DNA of 32,000 nucleotides from Thermococcus kodakarensis KOD1 (GCF_000009965.1 NC_006624.1:540001-572000), one strand, 5' to 3'. Positions 1 to 9,950 are shown, counted from the stretch's first letter. Notes: generated by a model not told the origin, from the letters alone. Made by a program: numbers and translations.

Positions 1-1688
1 AAGGCTTCTCCTGAGGAGATAAAGAAGCTCGTTGGCAGACATCCCGAGATAAAGGACGTTATAGTGACGCTCCTAGAGGAGGGAACACCAAAGCCCGTCA
101 AGACCGAAGAGGGGACTAAGACAGCCGAGGAGCAGCCTTCCGAGGGTGGAGGCATAACTTTGAGGATACTCCTAGAGAAGGACGCTCCTCTGAAAGGAAT
201 TAGGAGCTTTTTAGTTCTCCAGGAGATAGAGAAGAGGGCCAAAGTCCTCTCAACCAATCCATCTAGGCTTGACATACAGAACGGGGACCTTATAGACGGC
301 CACTACTTTGAGGTAACGCTCGCTCCCGATGCTAACTTGGACGAGATAAAGGAAGCCGTTCTAAAGCATCCAGATGTGGCGGGTGTTGAAGTCGTTGAAC
401 CCGGCTCGAAACCACCGGAGAAACCCTCTGAGGCTCAGGGAACACAGGCAGAAGCCAAAAAACCCGAGGTGCAGCCAAAACCAGAAGTTAAAAAGCAGCC
501 TCCCGCCCCCAGGGAAAAGATCAAGATGTCGAAGCTGATCAAAGTAGACGTTTCTCACCTAGACAAGCTGATGAACCTCGTCGGTGAGCTGGTCATCAAC
601 AAGGGAAGACTTGAGCAGATAGCCGAGCGCCTGGGCGACAGGGAGCTCATCGAGACCCTCTCAACGACTTCAAGACTGATGGCGGAGCTCCAGGACGAGA
701 TAATGCAGATGCGCCTCACTCCAGTTGCTGAGGTCTTCAACAAGTTCCCGCGCATGGTCAGGAGTTTGGCCAGAAAGGAGGGCAAGGAAGTCGAGTTCAT
801 CATGGAGGGTACCGAGATAGAGGTTGACAGGACTATCCTGGACAAGCTCGGCGACGTTCTTGTGCACCTCTTAAGAAACGCCATAGACCACGGGATAGAG
901 CCGCCAGAGGAGAGAGAGAGAAGCTTGGAAAACCGCGCAAGGGCAGACTTGAGCTGATAGCAAGGCGTGAGAGGAGCCATGTTGTAATCATAGTGAGGGA
1001 CGACGGCAGGGGCATTGACCCAGAGAAGGTAAAGAGAAAGGCCATTGAGAAGGGGTTAATCTCACCTGAGCAGGCAGCGGAGCTCAGCGACGAGGAGGCA
1101 ATAAACCTGATCTTCCTACCAGGGTTCAGCACGGCTGAGAAAGTTACGGACGTTTCTGGAAGGGGCGTTGGTATGGACGTCGTTCAGGATGTCATAAAGG
1201 CCCTTAACGGCAGTATAAGCGTCAAGACCGAAGTCGGCAAGGGAACGACCTTCATACTCAAGCTCCCGATAAGCATGGCCATCATACAGGCCCTCCTCAT
1301 CAAGGTCATGGACGAAATCTATGCCGTGCCGATAAACAACATCCTCGAGACTATAGAGGTCAAGAGGAGTGACCTGAAGTCCATAGGTGGCAGGGAGGTC
1401 ATAGTCCTGAGGGGGGAGATAATCCCAATAGTCTCGCTCCACGAGCTCTTCGGTCTTCCCGATTCGGAGTCCGAGGAGTTCCCGGCCATTATAGTTGACC
1501 TCGGCGCCCAGAAGCTTGCCATAAAGGTGGACGAGCTCCTCCACAAGAAGGACATAGTCATCAAGTCCCTCGGGAAGGCATTATCTAGTGTTAAGGGATT
1601 TGCTGGAGCTACCATACTTGGTGATGGTAGCGTGATTCTGATTATTGACATAAACAGCCTGCTGGGAGGTATCGGCGGTGGACTATGA
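1..1688 (+). pseudogene. cheA: Chemotaxis histidine kinase CheA. The 5' end lies outside the window and the frame is broken at a (GA)6 tract (910-921). Fragments: 1-957 in frame 1 and 921-1688 in frame 3.
   Basis: Frame 1 is open from nt 1, with no stop upstream of the track's GTG at 64. Motifs read from the translation: dimerisation region KLIKVDVSHLDKLMNLVGELVINKGRL and N-box HLLRNAIDHGIE. In frame 3: G1 box VRDDGRGID, GRGVGMDVV, and a CheW-like C-terminal domain (AVPINNILETIEV...GDGSVILIIDINSL). Confidence 0.85.
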
Positions 1689-2301
1689 GGAGTACATAAA
1701 GAATATGGACGAATTCACCAAGAGCGCTCTCCTTGAGACGTTCAACATAGGAGCATCCAGGGCAGCGGACGCTTTGAGCGAGATGCTGGGGCATCCAGTC
1801 ACGATCGAAGTGCCCCAGCTTGAGATAACGTCGCTGAAGAACCTTCCAGAGAAGGTTGGAGAAGACGTTAAGGTCGCTGTTTACGTCGGACTCGGAAACG
1901 AGTTCAGCGGGCACGCGTTCTTCATAATGGACTTCGACGACGCGACTAGGCTCTTCGACCTCATGATGATGCAGGAGCCCGGAACTACTACCGAGATAGA
2001 CGAGATGGTCCAGTCCGCGATAATGGAGATGGGCAACATCCTGATCTCGGCCTATGCAAATGCCCTCAGCGAGTTCCTTGGCCTCACGATAGAACAGACT
2101 CCCCCAGAGATCGCCATTGACTTCCTCCCCGCGATACTCGACTTCGCCCTGGCCGACATAGGACAGTACTGCGACTACACGATGCTCCTTGGAACGGTGA
2201 TAAAGGTTGAAGGTATTGAGTTTAACGAGCACTTCTTCATTCTTCCGAAGCCCGAAGACATGGTTAAGGTCCTTGAAAAGCTCACGGGGGGAATGTTATG
2301 A
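1678..2301 (+). CDS. cheC: CheC-family CheY-P phosphatase, first of two tandem copies
   Basis: 207 aa. Both CheC active-site motifs (E-x2-N followed about 22 aa later by P) are visible: LETFN...VP and MEMGN...TPP. The GTG start overlaps the cheA stop by 11 nt; ATG 1705 is an alternative start. Confidence 0.8.
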   Translation: MDYEEYIKNMDEFTKSALLETFNIGASRAADALSEMLGHPVTIEVPQLEITSLKNLPEKVGEDVKVAVYVGLGNEFSGHAFFIMDFDDATRLFDLMMMQEPGTTTEIDEMVQSAIMEMGNILISAYANALSEFLGLTIEQTPPEIAIDFLPAILDFALADIGQYCDYTMLLGTVIKVEGIEFNEHFFILPKPEDMVKVLEKLTGGML

Positions 2302-2921
2302 AGATTAGCGAGTGGTACAAGGACATATTCCGAGAGGCCTCTAACATCGCGATGTCCCACGCCCTAACATCGCTCTCCGAGATGGTTGGCGGACCAATAG
2401 AGATGGAGCCTCCTGAGGTTGAGGTGCTCTCCAGGGTGGAGTTCCTGAAGAGACTCACCCAGAACGGCATCTCAAACAGCTTCGTGGTGGCGTTTGATAT
2501 AACCGAGGGACTTGGCGGTCTAACGGTTCTCCAGTTCCCGACGAAGAGTGCAATAAACCTTTCCGCGGCCCTGATGGGAATGGATCCGTCCGGAATGAAA
2601 GAACTGGACGAGATGGGCAAGTCAGCCATAACCGAGGTGGGCAACATTCTGATATCAGTCTACACCGATATTCTCGCTAAGCTGGTTGGGGAACCAGTAT
2701 CGCTGAGTCCACCAAAGCCAATAAATTCCCTCTACGACATCGAGAAAGAACTTAACAGACCGGATTTAAGGAACGTCGACAAGATCATGCTCTTCAAAAC
2801 GCGCTTTTACGAGGAGAACATCGGATTTGAGAGCTTTTTCTATTTGGTGCCTGACGAGGAGTCCTTTGAAAAGCTCGTGAAGAGGTTGGAGGCCCAGGTG
2901 AAGGAGGAAGGTGGTGAGTGA
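2298..2921 (+). CDS. cheC: CheC-family CheY-P phosphatase, second copy
   Basis: 207 aa. ATGA start/stop overlap with the upstream cheC. E-x2-N motifs REASN and TEVGN are each followed by a proline-containing segment. Confidence 0.8.
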   Translation: MKISEWYKDIFREASNIAMSHALTSLSEMVGGPIEMEPPEVEVLSRVEFLKRLTQNGISNSFVVAFDITEGLGGLTVLQFPTKSAINLSAALMGMDPSGMKELDEMGKSAITEVGNILISVYTDILAKLVGEPVSLSPPKPINSLYDIEKELNRPDLRNVDKIMLFKTRFYEENIGFESFFYLVPDEESFEKLVKRLEAQVKEEGGE

Positions 2922-2922
2922 T

Positions 2923-5166
2923 ATGGAGTTCAAGAAGAAGATCATATCCATCGTTGTTTTGGGTTTTGTTATCGTGGCAGTGCTGACGAGCGGGATGTTG
3001 CTCTATAGCGAAAATAACATGGCAAACGAGATCGAGACCCAGCTAACGCCCCTGATGCAGCAGTGGGCAGAACAGACCGTAAGCGCCAAGTCGGAGGCCT
3101 TAGCAAAGGAGTTCCAGGCCTTCTTTGATGAGGTTGAGGCCCTCGGAACCACTACCGAAAAGTTAGCGGTAATCGGAATCCAGGAACTTGAGAGTGAGGG
3201 CTACAAGTTTGGCGAAGGGGACTATGTAGAGCCCCTCAACGAGATTCTCATGGAGCACTTCGAGACGGTGGCGGCCGCCGACAGCAGGATAAGCTCCGTG
3301 TACTTCGGTGACAAATACGGCAACATGTTCATCTACCCAGAGCAGGAGCTTCCCGAAGGATACGACCCGCGTGTGAGGCCCTGGTACCAGGAGGCAGTTA
3401 AAGCAGGCAAAGGAGTGTGGAGCGACCCCTACCAGGACGCTTCAAGTGGTAAATGGGTGGTAACCTACGCAGTGCCCATCTACCGCAACGGCGAGCTGAT
3501 AGGCGTCATAGGCCTCGACGTGTTCATAGACACTCTCGTTAACGAGATAAAGAGCGTTAAGGTGGGAGAAACCGGCTACGCCTACGTCGTCAACGAGGAT
3601 GGCCTCATAATAGCTCACCCAAACGAGCAGTACGTCATGAAGCTCAACGTCTTTGAGCAGGAGAGTCTCAAGCCAATAGCAGACATAGTCAGGAGCGGAA
3701 AGGACAGTGGGGTTGTGACGTACGAGTGGCAGGGGGTTAAGGCCACCGCTGCCGGTTACAAGATACCCAGTACGGGCTGGTACGTCTTCACTAAGGTCCC
3801 AACCGCAGAAGTTACTGAGGGTGTCATGGCCGTCATCAGAACTGTGCAGGACAATACTCAGAAAACAACGTACATGATGATAGTCCTTCTCCTCGCGATA
3901 TCAACGGTGATAGTTCTGGCTGCCTACAGACTTATCAGCACCTCTCTCATGCCGCTCGTCGCGCTCGGTGCCGCGGCCCAGGCTCTCGCTGAAGGTAAGC
4001 TCAGCGAGGTCAAGGAGAAGCTCAGGGGAATACAGTATCTTGAGGAAGATGAGATTGGAATGCTCATCAAAGCGTTCGAGTCCGTATCCAAGGACATGGT
4101 TGGAACACTGCAGGGAATAGCGGAGAAGCTTGAGCGTCTTGCCGAAGGTGATCTGAGCAACGGCCTCAGCGTCGAGGCAAAAGGTGAGCTGAGGGAGATC
4201 ATAGAGGACGTAAAGGACATGAGCACCAAGATGAGGGAGCTTCTCGGCAACATCGTCGGCCTCACCGAGAAGCTTGAGAAGCACGCAAACATGCTTGCCC
4301 AGGTTGCGAATGATGTTACTGAGGCGATTAATCAGGTGAATGAGGCGGTACAGCAGGTTAGTATTGAGGCGCAGAGGCAGCAGGAGAACATTAACGAGAT
4401 TACTGAGGGCATGCGGCTTGTTGCTGATATGAGTGAGGAGAGCGTTAGGGCCATGGAGGAGTTCGAGGGTGCTGTCAACGAGGTTGTTCACATTGCTGAC
4501 GAAGGCAGGCAGAAGGGTGAGGTTTCGGCACAGCAGATTCAGAGCATTCAGGAGATGATGGGTAACATAGAGGCCGCAGTCAACAGGGTTAATGAGATGA
4601 GCAGGAGTATTGAGGAGATTACGAATGTTATTACTGGTATCGCCGAGCAGACTAATCTCTTAGCCTTGAACGCGGCTATTGAAGCAGCAAGAGCGGGAGA
4701 GGCTGGTAGGGGCTTTGCAGTTGTCGCGCAAGAGATCAGGAATTTGGCCGAGGAGAGCAAGAAGGCTGCGGATAATATTAAGGAGATTATTGGCAGGATG
4801 ACTGATGAGATCAAAGATGCTGTTAACGCCACGCAGAGGGGTGTGAGTGTTGTTAGTGAGTCGTCGGAGACTCTTAGAGAAACCACGGAGTACTTGACGA
4901 ACATTGCCGAGTTGATTAGTGATACTGGTGCTAGGTTGGGTCACGTGAAGGAGCAGATTCTTAGGACGCAGGAAGAGGTTGATAAGGCTCTGAAAGCCTT
5001 GGAGAATTTGGCTGCTTCGGCTGAGGAGACAACTGCTTCGGCAGAAGAAGTCAGCTCCGCCGTCGAAGAACAGACGGCAGCCATTGAGGAGCTTAAGAGG
5101 GCAGCCGACGAACTCAAGAAGATCGTTGACGAGCTCCGTAGGCAGACGAGCAACTTTAGGCTCTGA
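2923..5166 (+). CDS. Methyl-accepting chemotaxis protein with two TM segments, a Cache-like extracellular domain, a HAMP region and an MCP signalling domain
   Basis: ATG 2923 lies just downstream of GGTGGTGA (2911-2918); the track's GTG 2911 lies within that SD. TM segments [21 protein letters not shown] and [19 protein letters not shown]. Conserved signalling hairpin tip [38 protein letters not shown]. Confidence 0.9.
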   Translation: MEFKKKIISIVVLGFVIVAVLTSGMLLYSENNMANEIETQLTPLMQQWAEQTVSAKSEALAKEFQAFFDEVEALGTTTEKLAVIGIQELESEGYKFGEGDYVEPLNEILMEHFETVAAADSRISSVYFGDKYGNMFIYPEQELPEGYDPRVRPWYQEAVKAGKGVWSDPYQDASSGKWVVTYAVPIYRNGELIGVIGLDVFIDTLVNEIKSVKVGETGYAYVVNEDGLIIAHPNEQYVMKLNVFEQESLKPIADIVRSGKDSGVVTYEWQGVKATAAGYKIPSTGWYVFTKVPTAEVTEGVMAVIRTVQDNTQKTTYMMIVLLLAISTVIVLAAYRLISTSLMPLVALGAAAQALAEGKLSEVKEKLRGIQYLEEDEIGMLIKAFESVSKDMVGTLQGIAEKLERLAEGDLSNGLSVEAKGELREIIEDVKDMSTKMRELLGNIVGLTEKLEKHANMLAQVANDVTEAINQVNEAVQQVSIEAQRQQENINEITEGMRLVADMSEESVRAMEEFEGAVNEVVHIADEGRQKGEVSAQQIQSIQEMMGNIEAAVNRVNEMSRSIEEITNVITGIAEQTNLLALNAAIEAARAGEAGRGFAVVAQEIRNLAEESKKAADNIKEIIGRMTDEIKDAVNATQRGVSVVSESSETLRETTEYLTNIAELISDTGARLGHVKEQILRTQEEVDKALKALENLAASAEETTASAEEVSSAVEEQTAAIEELKRAADELKKIVDELRRQTSNFRL

Positions 5167-5197
5167 GATCTCCCTTCATCCTTTTATTGTTTGAACG

Positions 5198-5695
5198 GTG
5201 GTGACAAGAGTGGAGGTCAAGGTCGGCATCGGGGACTACGCAGTGGCTAAGAAGACCGGGATAATAAGCACGTACGGGCTAGGTTCCTGCGTGGGCATCA
5301 CCCTATACGACCGTCTGAACAGGGTAGGCGGCCTGCTTCACGCGCTCCTCCCTGAGAGCGCCCGCTACGGTGGCAGAGGAAACCCAGCAAAGTACGTGGA
5401 CACCGGGCTGGAGCTCCTGATAAAGGATATGATGAAGCTGGGTGCATCGCCGAGAAGGCTTGAGGCAAAGCTCTTCGGGGGGGCGCACATGTTCACCAAC
5501 GTCAGCAACGAGAACCTAATGGTAGGGAAGAAGAACGTTGAAGTTGCAAAGAGGGAGCTCAAAAAACGCGGTATAAGGCTGGTCGCTGAAGACACTGGTG
5601 GAAAGGGTGGAAGAACCATATACCTGGACGTCAGCACTGGGAAGGTTAGGATGAGGAAAGTCTCAAACGGTAAGGTTATCGAGGCCGTGTTTTAG
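5198..5695 (+). CDS. cheD: Chemoreceptor glutamine deamidase CheD
   Basis: About 160 aa with CheD-like features: GIGDYAV near the N-terminus, the GLGSCVGITLYD cysteine motif, and GLLHALLP. The likely true start is GTG 5210 (VEVKVGIG...), 5 nt after GGTGGTGA at 5197-5204 and in frame with the track ORF. Confidence 0.85.
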   Translation: MVTRVEVKVGIGDYAVAKKTGIISTYGLGSCVGITLYDRLNRVGGLLHALLPESARYGGRGNPAKYVDTGLELLIKDMMKLGASPRRLEAKLFGGAHMFTNVSNENLMVGKKNVEVAKRELKKRGIRLVAEDTGGKGGRTIYLDVSTGKVRMRKVSNGKVIEAVF

Positions 5696-5706
5696 GGGGT
5701 GGTATC

Positions 5707-6462
5707 TTGGACGTGATAACACTGGTGGTGCTCCTAATAGGCATCGTCGTTGCAGTTGGTATCTCGGCGTTCCTGGTAAGCCGGATGATGCAGTCTTACA
5801 CCAGGGAAATCTACCAGGTTCTTGAGAGCACCATTGCGGAGTCCAGAAGTGTGGCACCAGTTCAAACGGCTCCCGAGGTGACGGAGGGGGCAAACGAGAG
5901 CGAACTTAAACTCAAAACCCCACAGAAGACCAAGGTCACCAAAAATGAGGAAGAACTACTTGAACAGCTTAGGAGCATCATAAACGAGAGGATGGGGAAG
6001 ATACTCGACGAGGCGAAGGAAAAGAAGAAGCGCATACTCACTCTGCTGGACTTTGCGAGGGGTTATGCCCTCGGATACGTCACGGAGGACGACTACAACG
6101 CTTTTCTCGTCAAAGTGCTCAACGAGCTTGAGGAGTTCAAGAGGCTCTGGCTCATGAAGTTTCCGGCCAAGAAGGACAAAGAACAGCTTGAGCTTATGAT
6201 CACATACGTCTCAAAGACAAAGCTTCCGCTGGCTATAAAGACCAAGGACAAGGGTACTATTGTCCTGAAGCACGAAGAAGCGTTGATAAAGATGACTGAG
6301 TACATAAACAGCGCCGTCAGCATCCTCGACGACCTGATCGAAAAGCGCGGCGGAGACCCGGCGGTTACTCCACTGGAGATAAGACTGAGCAACGAGGTAC
6401 GGAAACTTCAGGAGAAAGTTAAAAAACTTGAGGCCCGTCTTGAGGAGTTGAGTGCTATATGA
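5707..6462 (+). CDS. Hypothetical membrane-anchored coiled-coil protein encoded inside the che operon
   Basis: TTG start 4 nt after GGGGTGGT. N-terminal TM segment VITLVVLLIGIVVAVGISAFLV. The rest is charged and helical, with heptad-like stretches (LSNEVRKLQEKVKKLEARLEEL). I recognise no family. Confidence 0.6.
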   Translation: MDVITLVVLLIGIVVAVGISAFLVSRMMQSYTREIYQVLESTIAESRSVAPVQTAPEVTEGANESELKLKTPQKTKVTKNEEELLEQLRSIINERMGKILDEAKEKKKRILTLLDFARGYALGYVTEDDYNAFLVKVLNELEEFKRLWLMKFPAKKDKEQLELMITYVSKTKLPLAIKTKDKGTIVLKHEEALIKMTEYINSAVSILDDLIEKRGGDPAVTPLEIRLSNEVRKLQEKVKKLEARLEELSAI

Positions 6463-6474
6463 AACTGAAAGAGG

Positions 6475-7509
6475 ATGAGAGCTATGACAATCGCCCAGGT
6501 TAGGGTCAAGGCTACCATACAGTCAACTTGGAAGGGATCGACCTCAATAAAGTGGAGGGACGCGATGGCCTACTTGGAAAACGACAGGATTACTCTGAGG
6601 TACCTTAGAATGGGCCAGGTAGTTGGTGAGGACGTGTTTCCATTTTCTTCATTAATAGACATCGGTATTAAAATACCGGATGAGCTTAAGCTCGATCCCC
6701 AGCTCCCGCATTTTGGGATGAAGTTCTACGTTCCTGGCTCCGGGGAGAAGACCCTCGTTCTGACCATCGGGAGTAACCTTCTGATTTATGATGAGAAGGC
6801 CTTTAAGACTTTCATTCACAGAGTGTTTGAGGTTCTGATCAACGGGGTTAAAGTTAAGCTCCTTCTCGCGAGGATGCGCGGCGGTGCGCTCAACATGGAC
6901 GCCAAGTGGGAGGATGGTACACTCCGTATTGTAACCGTGAGATCAGTTAGGAAGAACAGGCGCGAGAGGAACATCATAGTCCTGACTTCCGAAGGGAAGC
7001 CCGTGCCCCTCTTTTCCGATATGGAAGACCTAGACATAGAAGAGATAGAGATGGACAACAAAAAGGTCGAGGCCTGGAAAATAAAGCACTTCTATGAGAA
7101 AGAGAGCGTCGTTTCATACCTCTTTGTTGAGGACAAGAAGGTCCGCCTTTACATTCTGAGGTACCTTCTCACATACAGGAAGGATTACGTTGAGCTTTTA
7201 ATAAAGGCCTCTGAAGAGTTCCCAACGATCAAGGCAGAGTTCCAAGAGGAGCTTGAGAGGGAGCTCAAGGAACTCGGTGGACTCGATGAAATGGAGCAGC
7301 AGGTCCTCATGGCCCTCTACTCTGGAATGGATCCCCTCACCCTCCACGAGATGTTTGGAATAAGTGAGAAAGAGATAGAGGACATCTATGACCGTCTAAT
7401 AGACAAGGGGCTCCTCAAGCTGGTCATGATAAGGAAGGTAGTTGACCTGACCAGAGACGGAAGAAAGCTCGTCAACAAGCTTATGAAGTACAACATGGGT
7501 GTCATGTGA
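6475..7509 (+). CDS. CheF-like (DUF439-type) archaeal chemotaxis-archaellum adaptor candidate with a winged-helix-like C-terminal region
   Basis: 344 aa, located directly downstream of cheD. The N-terminal region (WRDAMAYLENDRITLRY...FPFSSLIDIG...FIHRVFEVLINGVKVKLLLARMRGGAL) resembles CheF sequences as I remember them. The C-terminus (EQQVLMALYSGMDPLTLHEMFGISEKEIEDIYDRLIDKGLL) looks like a wHTH. Family assignment is from memory, not from a search. Confidence 0.5.
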   Translation: MRAMTIAQVRVKATIQSTWKGSTSIKWRDAMAYLENDRITLRYLRMGQVVGEDVFPFSSLIDIGIKIPDELKLDPQLPHFGMKFYVPGSGEKTLVLTIGSNLLIYDEKAFKTFIHRVFEVLINGVKVKLLLARMRGGALNMDAKWEDGTLRIVTVRSVRKNRRERNIIVLTSEGKPVPLFSDMEDLDIEEIEMDNKKVEAWKIKHFYEKESVVSYLFVEDKKVRLYILRYLLTYRKDYVELLIKASEEFPTIKAEFQEELERELKELGGLDEMEQQVLMALYSGMDPLTLHEMFGISEKEIEDIYDRLIDKGLLKLVMIRKVVDLTRDGRKLVNKLMKYNMGVM

Positions 7510-7517
7510 GGGGAGTC

Positions 7518-7766
7518 ATGATGAAGAGCCCAATAGAGGCTGTAATTGAACTGGAGTTCCCCAATGAGGAAGTTGCCAGGGTGGTTTACGAGAGCGTCAG
7601 GATAGAGCACGATACCGTTCCATACAGGAGGACGAAAGGTGAGTTCGTTCTCGACGGAAGGAAGATAAGGCTCAAGTTCATCGCGGAAGACAACTCCGCC
7701 CTGCGGGGGACTCTCAACTCCTACCTGCGGTGGATAAAGGTCGCTATGGACTCCATTGAAGTCTGA
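7518..7766 (+). CDS. pcc1: KEOPS complex subunit Pcc1
   Basis: About 82 aa. The sequence IELEFPNEEVARVVYESV...VPYRR...ALRGTLNSYLRWIKVAMDSIEV closely matches the Pyrococcus Pcc1 sequence pattern as I recall it. ATG 7518 follows GAGGGGAG and lies 9 nt after the upstream stop. Confidence 0.75.
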   Translation: MMKSPIEAVIELEFPNEEVARVVYESVRIEHDTVPYRRTKGEFVLDGRKIRLKFIAEDNSALRGTLNSYLRWIKVAMDSIEV

Positions 7767-7775
7767 GTTTCCCCA

Positions 7776-7791
7776 CCGAAACTATTTAAAG
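7776..7791 (+). promoter_or_regulatory. BRE/TATA promoter of pfdB (CCGAAA-CTATTTAAAG)
   Basis: Purine-rich BRE-like CCGAAA followed by the TATA-like CTATTTAAAG, about 46 nt upstream of ATG 7837. It is nearly identical in form to the element at 9934-9950. Confidence 0.55.
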
Positions 7792-7836
7792 CCCCTCCCT
7801 TATTCTCATAGGGATTACGATTACGGAGGTGTTGGT

Positions 7837-8190
7837 ATGCAGAACATTCCGCCGCAGGTTCAGGCGATGTTGGGCCAGCTTGAGAGCTACCAGCAGCAGC
7901 TCCAGCTCGTCGTTCAGCAGAAGCAGAAGGTACAGCTTGAGCTCACCGAGGCCAAGAAGGCCCTCGATGAGATAGAGAGCCTTCCCGATGATGCCGTCGT
8001 TTACAAGACCGTCGGCACACTCATCGTCAAGACCACCAAGGATAAGGCCGTTGCGGAGCTGAAGGAGAAGATAGAGACCCTTGAGGTTCGCCTGAACGCC
8101 CTTGAGAGGCAGGAGAAGAAGCTCAACGAGAAGCTCAAGGAGCTTACCGCTCAGATACAGTCGGCCCTGAGGCCGCCGACTGCCGGCTGA
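7837..8190 (+). CDS. pfdB: Prefoldin beta subunit
   Basis: 117 aa from ATG 7837, with GGAGGTG 5 nt upstream. Two long coiled-coil arms (QVQAMLGQLESYQQQLQLVVQQKQ..., KEKIETLEVRLNALERQEKKLNEKLKEL) flank a beta-hairpin core (VYKTVGTLIVK). The track's 5' extension from 7756 crosses the promoter. Confidence 0.9.
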   Translation: MQNIPPQVQAMLGQLESYQQQLQLVVQQKQKVQLELTEAKKALDEIESLPDDAVVYKTVGTLIVKTTKDKAVAELKEKIETLEVRLNALERQEKKLNEKLKELTAQIQSALRPPTAG

Positions 8191-8224
8191 TCCTCTTCTT
8201 TCTTACAGATTATTTCCGTCAGCG

Positions 8225-8560
8225 GTGATGACCATGGAAAGCGAGGGAAGGAGAGTAGTCCACATAGGCCTGCCGGAGCTTACCGAGGAGCAGATAATCG
8301 AGGTAGGTGAGCTCGCACAGAGAGTCGTGATAAAGCACGTCTTTGATGCCCTCAACAGGAGCGACGTGAAGGACATAGAGGTAACGACGAGAATAAACAG
8401 GGGCGAAACCCTCGACCTTGAGCTTGAGGTGTACCTTGAGGTTCCGGTTTTCGTGAAAGTTGACGTGGAGAGGCTGATTGACGAGGCGGTTGAGAAGGCC
8501 TACGCGGCCGTTGAGAAAAAGCTGAGGGAGATCGCAAATGAAGGGCAAGATAAAGCTTAG
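8225..8560 (+). CDS. Small conserved acidic protein of unknown function
   Basis: About 108-111 aa. Candidate starts are GTG 8225, ATG 8228 and ATG 8234, with GGTGAT at 8224-8229. Codon usage is protein-like and the gene overlaps the next gene by 23 nt. I recognise no catalytic motif. Confidence 0.6.
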   Translation: MMTMESEGRRVVHIGLPELTEEQIIEVGELAQRVVIKHVFDALNRSDVKDIEVTTRINRGETLDLELEVYLEVPVFVKVDVERLIDEAVEKAYAAVEKKLREIANEGQDKA

Positions 8561-9521
8561 ACGCTTCCTTGAGACAGCTGGGGACAAGTCATTTCTCCTT
8601 CTCTGCCACCATAACGCCGATCCCGATTCCCTCGGCTCTGCAATAGCGTTTGCCCGTTTTCTAAAGGCGAGGGGAGTTGAAAGGGTTAGAATTGGCGTTG
8701 CCCAGAGCGTTTCCTCCTACGCGAAGAGGCTTCTCACGCTTTCTCCCGTCCCGGTTGAGAAAAACCCTTCCGTTGATGAAGACGTCGTTGTGATATTCGA
8801 CACATCTTCCCTCGAACAGCTTGAGCCGATTGATATTCCAAAGGATAAGTTTACAATCCTAATAGACCACCACGTCGAGAAGAAGAACCCGATAACAGCA
8901 GATATTTCTGTCGTTGATTCAACGCGAACATCCACGGCTGAGATCGTGTGGGAGCTCTTTAAGTACCTTGGGTTTGCCGATGGTCCCTCCGTTAAAGCCC
9001 TCCTTGCCGGGATAGTGACCGATACTGCCAACTTCAGGTTCGCGAACTCGAAAACGTTCAAGTCCGTATCCGAGATGCTTGAGGCTTTTCCGGTTCAGAT
9101 GGGAGAGATTTTCCAGCTGGTTGCCCCGGTGAACGACGAGAACATTGACCAGGCGAAGAGGATGGCCGTGCTGAAGGCCTGCCAGAGGATGGAGATAAGG
9201 AAGTTCAGGAAGTACATAATAGCCGTCTCAAAGGTCTCGGCCTACGAATCCCTTGCCTGCAAGGTCTTCCTCCAGCTTGGGGCGGATATAGCCATCGTTG
9301 GGAGCGAGAAGAACGGCGTCAGGATTTCCGCAAGGGCCAGGGAAAGCCTCGTCAGGAAGGGTCTCCACCTCGGGAAGATAATGGAAAAAGTAGGGCCAAT
9401 CATTGACGGCTCGGGTGGGGGGCACGCAGGAGCCGCTGGGGCAAATGGCAAGAAGAACCTTGATGATGCAATCAAGCTGATACTTAAGGAGATTGAGAAG
9501 TTTTTGAGGGAGGTGGGTTGA
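8538..9521 (+). CDS. DHH/DHHA1-family phosphoesterase (NrnA-like)
   Basis: Motifs seen: LLCHHNADPDSLGSA, ILIDHH (the DHH motif), VTDTANFRF and the DHHA1 motif GSGGGHAGAAG. Confidence 0.85.
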   Translation: MKGKIKLRRFLETAGDKSFLLLCHHNADPDSLGSAIAFARFLKARGVERVRIGVAQSVSSYAKRLLTLSPVPVEKNPSVDEDVVVIFDTSSLEQLEPIDIPKDKFTILIDHHVEKKNPITADISVVDSTRTSTAEIVWELFKYLGFADGPSVKALLAGIVTDTANFRFANSKTFKSVSEMLEAFPVQMGEIFQLVAPVNDENIDQAKRMAVLKACQRMEIRKFRKYIIAVSKVSAYESLACKVFLQLGADIAIVGSEKNGVRISARARESLVRKGLHLGKIMEKVGPIIDGSGGGHAGAAGANGKKNLDDAIKLILKEIEKFLREVG

Positions 9522-9857
9522 GTGGCCAGGTGTCCTCTCTGTGGAAAGGCCCTCGACTGGGCCGAGCTGATAAACCAGATGCTCGAAAAGGGTGTTGGTG
9601 AGGACGTTTTCAAAGACAGGGATAAGTTCATGGAGACCTTCAACGACTTCGTTTTCAAATGCCCTCACTGCGGTGAGGAGTTCTACGGAAGAAACCTTCC
9701 AGCTTCGGAAACCGAAAAGGTGTTCGAGCTGTTGAACGACTTCAAAGGCTCAATAGATTGGGACAACAAAAGGGTACGCCTCAGGCTCAACAGCCTTCTG
9801 GCGCTCGATTCAATGCTCGAGAACTGGGACAGGAAGATGTCGCAGAAGAGGTCTTAG
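9522..9857 (+). CDS. Small Zn-ribbon protein, hypothetical
   Basis: GTG start immediately after the upstream TGA, preceded by GGAGGTGGG. Two CxxC pairs (CPLCG ... CPHCG). Confidence 0.6.
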   Translation: MARCPLCGKALDWAELINQMLEKGVGEDVFKDRDKFMETFNDFVFKCPHCGEEFYGRNLPASETEKVFELLNDFKGSIDWDNKRVRLRLNSLLALDSMLENWDRKMSQKRS

Positions 9858-9933
9858 CCGACCTCTGAGTTCTAAATCTTTGGAACTACACGCACATTTC
9901 GAGAGGATGATTACCACTAGACGCTGTGACACA

Positions 9934-9950
9934 CCGAAAACTTAATATAG
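9934..9950 (+). promoter_or_regulatory. BRE/TATA promoter (CCGAAAA-CTTAATATAG) for the gene starting at ATG 9981
   Basis: A consensus-like archaeal promoter ending about 30 nt before ATG 9981, which predicts a very short leader. This supports 9981, not 10087, as the real start of the downstream gene. Confidence 0.55.

Noticed and set aside
1964-2044. ATGATGA or GTGATGA strings inside coding regions (for example 1964, 3874, 5429, 6788, 7519, 20515, and 15266 on the minus strand), checked as possible C boxes.
   Set aside because: None has a CTGA at the correct distance together with internal D'/C' boxes and a closing stem. They are ordinary Met-Met or Asp codon contexts.
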